This document shows, piece by piece, positions 25,696 through 32,000 of a DNA stretch of 32,000 nt. Origin of the DNA: Vulcanisaeta distributa DSM 14429 (GTDB lineage: Archaea; Thermoproteota; Thermoprotei; Thermoproteales; Thermocladiaceae). Positions within the stretch are counted from its first letter, which is position 1; every line of letters starts with the position of its first letter. The notes under the pieces were generated by a model. It saw nothing but the letters and a program-made list of their open reading frames with translations, was not told the DNA's origin and did not search any database. The stretch covers positions 510,001 to 542,000 of the forward strand of contig NC_014537.1 of NCBI RefSeq assembly GCF_000148385.1, given 5' to 3'. Made by a program: the position numbers and the translations under genes.

Positions 25696-27660
25696 ATGGC
25701 AATCGTTGCTGTTGATGTTGGTGGTACCTTTACGGACTTCGTCGTTCTCAGGGATGATGGGACTATATACTCAATCAAAGTCCTCAGTACTCCGAGGAGT
25801 CCTGAGGTTGCGGTGCTTGAGGGTTTGAGGAAAATTAGGGAGCCTATTTCCGAGGTTCTTCATGCAACGACTATCGGCACTAATACCCTGCTTGGGCAGG
25901 TTGGTCTTGAGATTCCCAGGGTGGCTTTATTCACTACGAAGGGTTTTAGGGACATTATTGAGATAGGTCGTCAAAATAGGCCTAGGCTTTATGACCTATT
26001 CTTCGATAAGCCGAGGCCCCTAGTCCCTAGGGAGCTTAGGTTTGAGGTTGATGAGAGGGTTATGGCTGATGGTACTGTGGCTAAGAGTGTTGATCCTAGG
26101 GAGGTTGAGGAATACGCGGTTAGGGCTAAGTCTATGGGTGTTGTTAGCGTCGCTGTTTCGTACCTTCACTCATACATTAACCCAAGTAATGAGGAAATCA
26201 CAGATGGCGTACTTAGGAGGTACTTTAAGTACGTGAGCCTGTCAAGCAGGGTTGCCCCAGAGCCTAGGGAGTATGAGAGGACGTCGACCACCGTCGTCAA
26301 TGCTGTCCTCATGCCCATCGTCAGTGAGTACATAGCCAGATTCTCCGAGGGACTTAAGGAGCTTGGTATTGGCAGGTTTTACATAATGTCGAGCGCCGGT
26401 GGTCTCATAGACGCTAATGAGGCCGTGGAGAGGCCCGTTCAATTAATTGAGTCGGGGCCCGCGGCTGGTGCCGTGGCTGCTGCGGAGTTCTCTAAATTAA
26501 TTGGTGTTGAGAATGTCATTGGTTTTGACATGGGTGGTACCACGGCTAAGGCATCCTCAATACTTAAGCATGAGCCTGAGGTGACCACGGAGTATGAGGT
26601 CGGTGGTGAGGTTCATCATGGTAGGCTTGTTAAGGGTAGTGGTTATCCAGTTAGGTTCCCATTTATTGATCTTGCCGAGGTCTCGAGCGGTGGTGGGACG
26701 ATTATTTGGCGTGATGATGCTGGGGCGCTCAGAGTTGGCCCAATTAGTGCCGGGGCTGATCCAGGGCCTATATGCTATGGTAGGGGTGGTAAGGAACCAA
26801 CACTGACGGATGCCAACGTGGCTCTTGGCAGGATAGGTGAATACCTACTCGGCGGTGAGATGAGGCTTGATAGGGATGCCGCGGTTAAGGGCTTATCGAG
26901 ACTTGGCGACTCAATTAACGTTGCCCTTGAGGCAATTAGGCTTGCGGTTGTTGAGATGGCCAGGGCTGTTAGGCTTGTGACTGTCGAGAGGGGTCTCGAC
27001 CCAAGGGACTTCGCATTAATGGCCTTCGGTGGTGCTGGTCCTCAATTCGCACCCTACATAGCTGAGGAGTTGAGTATTAACTCCGTGATCGTACCGCCTG
27101 AACCTGGAGCCTTCAGCGCCCTTGGTCTGTTAATGGCTGATGAGAGGTTTGAGGCTAGGTCATCATTCCCAAAGGACCTCGAGGACGGATTTAAGAGACT
27201 TGAGGATGAGTTGCTTAGTAGGTTGGGTAGGGTTGATTACTTCCTTAGGTATGCCGATGTTAGGTATGTCGGGCAAGGTTGGGAGTTAACAATACCCATC
27301 GGTAGGCCGGCGAGCATGGATGATGTTGAGAGGGTATTCAATGATAGGCATTATGCGACGTATGGCTTTAGGCTGAATAAGCCCATTGAGGTTGTGACGA
27401 TTAGGGTATTTGCGGTGATAACCAGGGTTAAGCCGAGGTTCAGGGCACCAAGGGCTGAGGGTGAGGCTAAGCCGAGGAGTTTCAGGAGGGTTTTCTTCGA
27501 TGACTGGGTTGAGACGCCGATTTACTGGCGTGAGGACATACCGATGAACCAGGTAATTGAGGGGCCAGCCGTAATCGAGGAATACGGGTCAACAATACTA
27601 ATTCCACCAAGGTGGAGAGCCACAGTTGGGATGTATGGGGAAGTGAGAATGACGCATTAA
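25696..27660 (+). CDS. hyuA: Hydantoinase/oxoprolinase A-type subunit (HyuA family, ATP-dependent)
   Basis: N-terminus [13 protein letters not shown] and an ASKHA-fold second phosphate motif ([10 protein letters not shown]). The 654 aa length is typical of HyuA. Confidence 0.9.
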   Translation: MAIVAVDVGGTFTDFVVLRDDGTIYSIKVLSTPRSPEVAVLEGLRKIREPISEVLHATTIGTNTLLGQVGLEIPRVALFTTKGFRDIIEIGRQNRPRLYDLFFDKPRPLVPRELRFEVDERVMADGTVAKSVDPREVEEYAVRAKSMGVVSVAVSYLHSYINPSNEEITDGVLRRYFKYVSLSSRVAPEPREYERTSTTVVNAVLMPIVSEYIARFSEGLKELGIGRFYIMSSAGGLIDANEAVERPVQLIESGPAAGAVAAAEFSKLIGVENVIGFDMGGTTAKASSILKHEPEVTTEYEVGGEVHHGRLVKGSGYPVRFPFIDLAEVSSGGGTIIWRDDAGALRVGPISAGADPGPICYGRGGKEPTLTDANVALGRIGEYLLGGEMRLDRDAAVKGLSRLGDSINVALEAIRLAVVEMARAVRLVTVERGLDPRDFALMAFGGAGPQFAPYIAEELSINSVIVPPEPGAFSALGLLMADERFEARSSFPKDLEDGFKRLEDELLSRLGRVDYFLRYADVRYVGQGWELTIPIGRPASMDDVERVFNDRHYATYGFRLNKPIEVVTIRVFAVITRVKPRFRAPRAEGEAKPRSFRRVFFDDWVETPIYWREDIPMNQVIEGPAVIEEYGSTILIPPRWRATVGMYGEVRMTH

Positions 27661-28538
27661 TAGCTTATCCTTATAATGCGATTAATGAGCTGGGTCATTG
27701 ACCTAGAATCACCAATTCTCCTAATCCCCATAAACACTGACGGGGCATACTCACCATGTCCCAGAACCCTCATTAGAAGGTTCATAAACCAAAGACCCAT
27801 CGATAACTTATACGGCAATACCAATGACCCAGCAATTGAGGATAGCACTATGGATAATGCCAACTCCATCGCACGCCCACACCTTAACTGCTCGCACAGA
27901 TTGACAGCATCATCGCTTAACCAGTTTATTATCGTTAATGCATCATTAAGTGTGATGATGCCCTCCTTATATATGGCGTGGAGTATCGTTAAAACAACCT
28001 CGGCACTTCTATTGATTGCGCTAACCTTAACGCCATGATACTCACCGACTGTCTTCAACCTAAGGAAGTCCTCACCCCTGGCGTAGGTGAGGTCAGCGAC
28101 TGACGGGTGTACGTAGAGGTCTACGTTAATTCCATCCTTAACAAGCGTTATTGTGTACGGCTCATAAAGCAGCAGCCTATAACCACGCCTAATCAACCTA
28201 GCCGCAGCCAATAGGACTTGGTCCCTCCTAACCAGGACATCGACATCCGCCGGCACGTAGACAACGGGCTTAATCAATTTTATGAAGGCATGCTCAATAC
28301 CATTTAGTGCATCCTCAACCTCAGAGACCACATTAATAACCCTCCTAAGCCCATTCTCCTGACCCCACCGCAATTCACCCTCATAATTAACGACCCTAAG
28401 CACATGAAGCAGTACCTTATTGAGTTTAGCAAGCTCAATAATGCCTCGATTAATCTCAACATGCTCGCCATTAACCAATACCCTAAGTAACGCCCTAAAT
28501 TCCTTAACATTACCAGGGTCTTTCGTACTTATTCTCAT
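27657..28538 (-). CDS. Putative nucleotidyltransferase-fold protein (PF14907/NTP_transf_5-like)
   Basis: The segment VPADVDVLVRRDQVLLAAARLIRRGY plus a later INVDLYVH resembles the D-x-D and third-acid pattern of the uncharacterised NTase family. The call is made from motif memory only. Confidence 0.45.
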   Translation of the reverse strand: MRISTKDPGNVKEFRALLRVLVNGEHVEINRGIIELAKLNKVLLHVLRVVNYEGELRWGQENGLRRVINVVSEVEDALNGIEHAFIKLIKPVVYVPADVDVLVRRDQVLLAAARLIRRGYRLLLYEPYTITLVKDGINVDLYVHPSVADLTYARGEDFLRLKTVGEYHGVKVSAINRSAEVVLTILHAIYKEGIITLNDALTIINWLSDDAVNLCEQLRCGRAMELALSIVLSSIAGSLVLPYKLSMGLWFMNLLMRVLGHGEYAPSVFMGIRRIGDSRSMTQLINRIIRISY

Positions 28539-28611
28539 TCAATCACCAATAAGGCTACACCATAATGCATAGCGATACTACGCTTTTAAATTAAACTGAT
28601 TAAATTAAGCC

Positions 28612-29259
28612 GTGGAACCCAGGGAACTACTTGAAGGTATTAGGAAGGCCCTGGAACCACTCAACGAGACAATACTAAACCACCCAATGATTAAGGATGC
28701 TGAGGAGGGACGCCTATCCATAAATGCAATTAAGGCATTTGTAATGAATCAATGGTACATAGTCAACCACGACTTGAGGTCACTGGCTATAGCCCTGAGC
28801 AGGACGAGGAACATCACGGAGCTCGAGTTCATGAAGATGCTACTCGATGGTGACTACAACGCACTTCACGAATTAATGAAGTTGATGAGGGAGCTGAATA
28901 TAGAGATTAGGGACCCGTTAATGCTCGAGGTGGTGCCAGAGGCCGTGCAGTACACGCATTACCTGGCGTGGCTAGCTAACTACGCCACTGTTCAGGAGTT
29001 TGCCCTAGCAATAATCGTAAACATGCCAGTGTGGGGTCAGAACGTGACTCGGCTTGGTAATGCATTACGTAGCAAGTACGGTATTAGGGAGGTTGGCTTC
29101 TTCGAAGCCTTTAAAGGCCCATTCACGGAACTTGAGAATAAGGCCCTTGAGGTAATCAGGGGTATTGATGAGCAGTCAGTCGTGAGGGCCAGGAACATGG
29201 CGTATATTATACAGAATTATGAGAAGGCCTTTTGGGATGCCATCTATAATGTGCGTTGA
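28612..29259 (+). CDS. TenA/PqqC-like (heme-oxygenase-fold) protein
   Basis: HPMIKDAEEGRLSINAIKAFVMNQWYIV matches the HPF-x-x-l-x-G-x-L...Y-x-x-Q-x-x-Y pattern. The protein is all-helical, 215 aa. GTG start, 24 nt from TATA CGCTTTTAAATTAAA. Confidence 0.5.
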   Translation: MEPRELLEGIRKALEPLNETILNHPMIKDAEEGRLSINAIKAFVMNQWYIVNHDLRSLAIALSRTRNITELEFMKMLLDGDYNALHELMKLMRELNIEIRDPLMLEVVPEAVQYTHYLAWLANYATVQEFALAIIVNMPVWGQNVTRLGNALRSKYGIREVGFFEAFKGPFTELENKALEVIRGIDEQSVVRARNMAYIIQNYEKAFWDAIYNVR

Positions 29260-29349
29260 CCTTAATCAAAGTAAAATATTTATGCCATTATTAAATCCTT
29301 TATTGTTTATATAATTGATCCCATGTCAAGCAGTATTTACTTCAAGAAA

Positions 29350-29372
29350 CTATAGAAAAAGATGTTCTATAG
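29350..29372. promoter_or_regulatory. Perfect 8-bp inverted repeat CTATAGAA-n7-TTCTATAG abutting a TATA box (candidate operator)
   Basis: Read directly: ctatagaa (29350-29357), aaagatg, ttctatag (29365-29372). It ends 5 nt before GCTTTAAAAATT. Confidence 0.4.
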
Positions 29373-29377
29373 CTTAA

Positions 29378-29389
29378 GCTTTAAAAATT
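29378..29389 (+). promoter_or_regulatory. TATA box for the 29409 gene
   Basis: GCTTTAAAAATT is centred ~25 nt upstream of GTG 29409. Confidence 0.45.
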
Positions 29390-29408
29390 GGATTTAGTGT
29401 GATAATGC

Positions 29409-29798
29409 GTGGGGCCAGACCCAATATCACTGGTTAATACTGCACGGAGAGACCTTCAAACATTGGTGAACCTAGTGAGCAATTATGAACGGACTAAGGA
29501 CGTGACTATCCTTAGTAATATCGTGAAATTAAGCCTATCAATCTATGACAATGCCATAAATGCTTTCCTAGCTGTTAAGGGCATTAGGGTTAAGGACCCT
29601 GAGCACATGAGCCAGGTTGCCCATGACTTCATACCAAGCGAAGTGGCCAGCGCTGATTTAAGGGACTTCCTAATTAAATGTCTATCACAGACCGATTGTA
29701 ATGATGATTACATAAGTGCTAGGATTGGGGAGTTGGGGAGGCTTGTCGATTACGTGCACTCAGTATCAACGCATAGTGCGATTCATAGGGGCCTCTAA
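29409..29798 (+). CDS. Small all-helical hypothetical protein, possibly HEPN/PaREP1-like
   Basis: 129 aa. The segment SIYDNAINAFLAVKGIRVKDPEHMSQVAHDF resembles the helix-2/3 region of HEPN-fold proteins. No clear R-x4-6-H motif is present, so this is a weak call. Confidence 0.3.
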   Translation: MGPDPISLVNTARRDLQTLVNLVSNYERTKDVTILSNIVKLSLSIYDNAINAFLAVKGIRVKDPEHMSQVAHDFIPSEVASADLRDFLIKCLSQTDCNDDYISARIGELGRLVDYVHSVSTHSAIHRGL

Positions 29799-30178
29799 CC
29801 CTTAACACCATACTTACTAATTAACTCCTTAATTAAAGACTCTAAGTCCTCCCTCTTAACCATCTTGCTCTCAATATCATCAAGTCTCCTTTCCACATCA
29901 CTTATCCTAGCCCTCAACGCATCCATATCACCAGGACTACCCAATGGGTTCGCGAGGGCCGCGAGTATCCTCAACAACATCGTTGGTATTACTAATGGTA
30001 GTGAAGCGGTTAATGCCACGAGCCTAATTAGGGTTTCAGGCCTATTCATCAATGCCCTAATTAGGGCTTCAGGGTTTGTCGTAAGCAACTCATTCAAAGC
30101 CTCAATAAGTATCTCAGGGTTTCTCTTAAGTCTCTCAACATCCTCACTAACCATACGCAGCATTATTAATGTATGCAT
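29795..30178 (-). CDS. Hypothetical repeat/coiled-coil protein
   Basis: Three tandem degenerate repeats (RNPEILIEAL, TNPEALIRAL, NRPETLIRLV), then a hydrophobic stretch and a C-terminal coiled coil (RARISDVERRLDDIESKMVKREDLESLIKEL). It lies 18 nt downstream of the thermopsin-like gene on the same strand. Confidence 0.45.
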   Translation of the reverse strand: MHTLIMLRMVSEDVERLKRNPEILIEALNELLTTNPEALIRALMNRPETLIRLVALTASLPLVIPTMLLRILAALANPLGSPGDMDALRARISDVERRLDDIESKMVKREDLESLIKELISKYGVKG

Positions 30179-30196
30179 TAATAAACGCTGTGGTTA

Positions 30197-31420
30197 CTAA
30201 CCACCCAACTGCTGATAATTATTGTGACCAACAACCAACTCAGCCGTTGAGGGTCCAATCGGCAGTACGTAAACATTGACCGCATATTCACCGGTGGATA
30301 TACCAAAGGAGTAGGTTATTGGGTATGGAGCCCATGATGTGCCATTCCAATAAAGCAGCGATAGGTATGCATCTAGGCTCCTAAACTCAACACCGCCACC
30401 ATTACCTGGACCGCCAATCACGAATTCCGTATCCATGGGCCAGCCGTATGGGCCCTCCGTAGGGCTAGTCACTATGTATGCCGTGGCGTTGGGTATCGGT
30501 ATTAACTCATGGGCAAACCAATAAACCCTCGGACTGAAGGTCTCATTACCCAACTGAAGCAGTGAGTAGCCGAAGTTAATGACAACGCCGTAACCCGTCG
30601 AGTTTACGGATATTATTAATAAGCCGGCCATCGGCGTTTCGAAGCAACCAAGCACGCACCTACCCTGCTCATAAACAACGTTCCTAGACGAACCAACGTA
30701 ATTAACAACATCCATCTCACCCTGGAACCAGTACTGGCCATCCACGACCACGAGCGCATCCTGAACCCAATGAACCATGTAATTACCACCATACTTAATT
30801 ACGACATAGGCATTCAACTGAAGGGAAAAGCCAGGCCCAGCTGCACCCGTGGAATTCTCGACGTAGGCATTGGTTATGTTGAAGAGACCAAGCACGGCAT
30901 CACTCGTTATATTGCTGTAGCCCGGCCCGTAATAGGCCGCGATGCCCATGGCAGTATAGTTAAGGATCCTATACGCAATCCCAGTATTACCACAAACAAG
31001 CAAACCATAACTACCAGGGCCGGGGCTAACCACGTAAATGCCAGGCACAGAACTAAACCAAGTATAATTACTGGGCGCCTCAGGCCCGCCACCCCATGAA
31101 TGTAACTGCGAATTAGTGAGTAGGTAAACGTATGAGCCATTAACAACCTCAATAAATAGGGATTCACTATTCGTCAAATTAACATTAACGAGACCCCAGG
31201 AAGTGCATGGACCACTAGCAGGCTTTGTTACCGGCATGGTCACGGTACTGTTAATTACGCTATTAATAACGTAATTAATACCTGAAAGCACTAGGCTATC
31301 AAGAGATGGATTTACTAAAAATACTAACGCCATCAAGGCAATGACAATTATTAATACCGTATCCCCCAGCCTCATTGCATAATTAACGTAGGGAATCATT
31401 AATAAACTAAACTTACCCAT
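30197..31420 (-). CDS. Thermopsin-like (peptidase A5 family) secreted/anchored glycoprotein
   Basis: N-terminal signal-anchor (MRLGDTVLIIVIALMALVFLV) and 12 N-x-S/T sequons. The segments GFSLQLNAYVVIKYGGNYMVHWVQD and DTEFVIGGPGNGGGVEFRSLDAYLSLLYWNGTSWAPYPITYSFG parallel S. acidocaldarius thermopsin (recalled from memory). The start among Met1, Met8 and Met16 is uncertain. Confidence 0.65.
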   Translation of the reverse strand: MGKFSLLMIPYVNYAMRLGDTVLIIVIALMALVFLVNPSLDSLVLSGINYVINSVINSTVTMPVTKPASGPCTSWGLVNVNLTNSESLFIEVVNGSYVYLLTNSQLHSWGGGPEAPSNYTWFSSVPGIYVVSPGPGSYGLLVCGNTGIAYRILNYTAMGIAAYYGPGYSNITSDAVLGLFNITNAYVENSTGAAGPGFSLQLNAYVVIKYGGNYMVHWVQDALVVVDGQYWFQGEMDVVNYVGSSRNVVYEQGRCVLGCFETPMAGLLIISVNSTGYGVVINFGYSLLQLGNETFSPRVYWFAHELIPIPNATAYIVTSPTEGPYGWPMDTEFVIGGPGNGGGVEFRSLDAYLSLLYWNGTSWAPYPITYSFGISTGEYAVNVYVLPIGPSTAELVVGHNNYQQLGG

Positions 31421-31450
31421 GACAATCCCATCCTTTAAGCCATGAAACCA

Positions 31451-31462
31451 ACCTTTAAATAC
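31451..31462 (+). promoter_or_regulatory. TATA box for the AIM24/DUF124 gene
   Basis: ACCTTTAAATAC is centred ~26 nt upstream of ATG 31483. Confidence 0.45.
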
Positions 31463-31482
31463 ATGGAGTATAGGTGATTACC

Positions 31483-32000
31483 ATGGCAAACTTCAAAATA
31501 ATGGGTAACGACATACAGCACCTCTACGTCGAGTTGGGTCCTGGCGAGAAGATCTACGCCGAGGGTGGGCACCTGATTTGGAAGTCCTCAAGCGTAAACA
31601 TAAAGGCAACAACAGGTGGAGGCCTACTGGCTGGGTTGAAGAGGGCATTAACCGGGGCGAGCTTCTTCGTGCTAGAACTCGAGGGCCAGGCATCGTAGAT
31701 ATCGCCGGCTTCGCGCCAGGTAAGATCGTGAGGATCGACTTAAATGGTAATGGCATTATGGTTGAGCATAGGGCCTTCCTAGCCATGGAGCCCACGGTTA
31801 ACTACGATATCAAGCTCGTGGGATTGGGCTTCGGCTGGCTTGGTGGCGAGGGCTTGCTAATGGCTAGGCTTCATGGCCATGGAGGCGTATTCCTCCACGC
31901 CATCGGCGACGCGCTAATGCTGGAGCTCGGGCCTGGCGATAGTATCGACGTTGAGGCTGGCCACGTGCTTGCCTTTGACGAGGGCATGAGGGTTGGCATT
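31483..32000 (+). pseudogene. AIM24/DUF124 (TIGR00266) family gene interrupted by a 1-nt frameshift; 3' end lies beyond the window
   Basis: Frame A reads MANFKIMGNDIQHLYVELGPGEKIYAEGGHL...GASFFVLELEGQAS and stops at 31696-31698. The -1 frame is open from 31509 to the window end and continues the family: GPGIVDIAGFAPGKIVRIDLNGNGIMVEHRAFLAMEP...GGEGLLMARLHGHGGVFLHAIGDALMLELGPGDSIDVEAGHVLAFDEG. Adding one G to the GGG run at 31683-31685 restores ...FFVLELEGPGIVDIAGFAPGK.... Confidence 0.75.

Noticed and set aside
26711-26759. GUGAUGA ... CAGA ... CUGA arrangement inside hyuA with roughly C/D-like overall spacing
   Set aside because: It is in the sense orientation inside a well-supported CDS, has no C' box (GCCCAAU at the expected position) and has a non-canonical D'. 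It is most likely chance.
27676-28038. Plus-strand ORF 27676-28038, a candidate HyuB remnant downstream of hyuA
   Set aside because: The translation has no similarity to HyuB (no hydantoinase_B-type motifs). It is antisense to the 293-aa minus-strand gene, which has better coding character.
29865-30200. Plus-strand ORF 29865-30200 opposite the coiled-coil gene
   Set aside because: It is a Ser/Ile/Leu-rich mirror of the minus-strand repeats. The minus-strand reading gives a sensible repeat plus coiled-coil protein in operon position. The choice of strand is still not certain.
31674-31700. Programmed -1 ribosomal frameshift in the AIM24 gene
   Set aside because: There is no X-XXY-YYZ slippery heptamer at the junction (CUC GAG GGC CAG) and no obvious downstream stem-loop. 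A one-base homopolymer indel is the simpler explanation.
31493-31795. Minus-strand 100-aa ORF 31493-31795
   Set aside because: It is antisense to the AIM24/DUF124 gene, which is recognisable in two plus-strand frames. It is Arg/Pro/Ser-rich junk.
1-32000. Search for CRISPR arrays, cas genes, integrases/transposases, terminal inverted repeats, att-like direct repeats, toxin-antitoxin or known defence modules
   Set aside because: I found no regularly spaced repeats, no recombinase or transposase motifs, and no long direct or inverted repeats bracketing the accessory right-hand third. The only tandem repeat is the 9-bp duplication at 8701-8718.

Overview
This is a compact, roughly 90% coding archaeal chromosomal window. 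The protein set and the promoter layout look like a Thermoproteales-type crenarchaeon (Vulcanisaeta/Caldivirga-like). That taxon call is an inference from protein flavour, about 45% GC, and TATA boxes sitting ~25-30 bp upstream of start codons (leaderless mRNAs). Bases 1-19.3 kb are mostly housekeeping genes: thrB, Hel308/Hjm helicase, a nucleotidyltransferase/GT/M20 trio, a sugar-porter MFS, uL22, a Nob1-like PIN plus NAD kinase, aIF5A, DUF655-Rpo4, L21e, Pus10, RmlC, a wHTH plus Roadblock pair, YjbQ, a DUF151 nuclease plus HisRS, and an A24 prepilin peptidase. Bases 19.4-31.4 kb look accessory or metabolic: two tandem thiolase-fold paralogs, a TIM-barrel hydrolase, an MHS transporter, a two-Cys Asp/Glu-racemase-fold enzyme, an AiiA-like MBL, a hydantoinase-A subunit with no B subunit, a PF14907-like NTase, a TenA/PqqC-like protein, a small HEPN-like protein, a repeat/coiled-coil protein and a thermopsin-like glycoprotein. 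A frameshifted AIM24/DUF124 gene runs off the 3' edge. I found no rRNA, tRNA, CRISPR array, integrase, transposase or recognisable defence system. Two divergent C/D box sRNAs at 14379-14522 are the main features the ORF track misses. The best candidates for undescribed biology, all moderate confidence: (1) the tandem thiolase-fold pair in which every canonical catalytic residue is replaced; (2) a free-standing, partly degenerate LAGLIDADG (I-DmoI-like) protein next to the sRNA pair; (3) a wHTH plus Roadblock/LC7 pair with no GTPase; (4) the orphan HyuA / racemase / lactonase-like island. Several ORF-track starts were re-called from TATA spacing. All family calls rest on motifs I recognise by eye; no database search was run.
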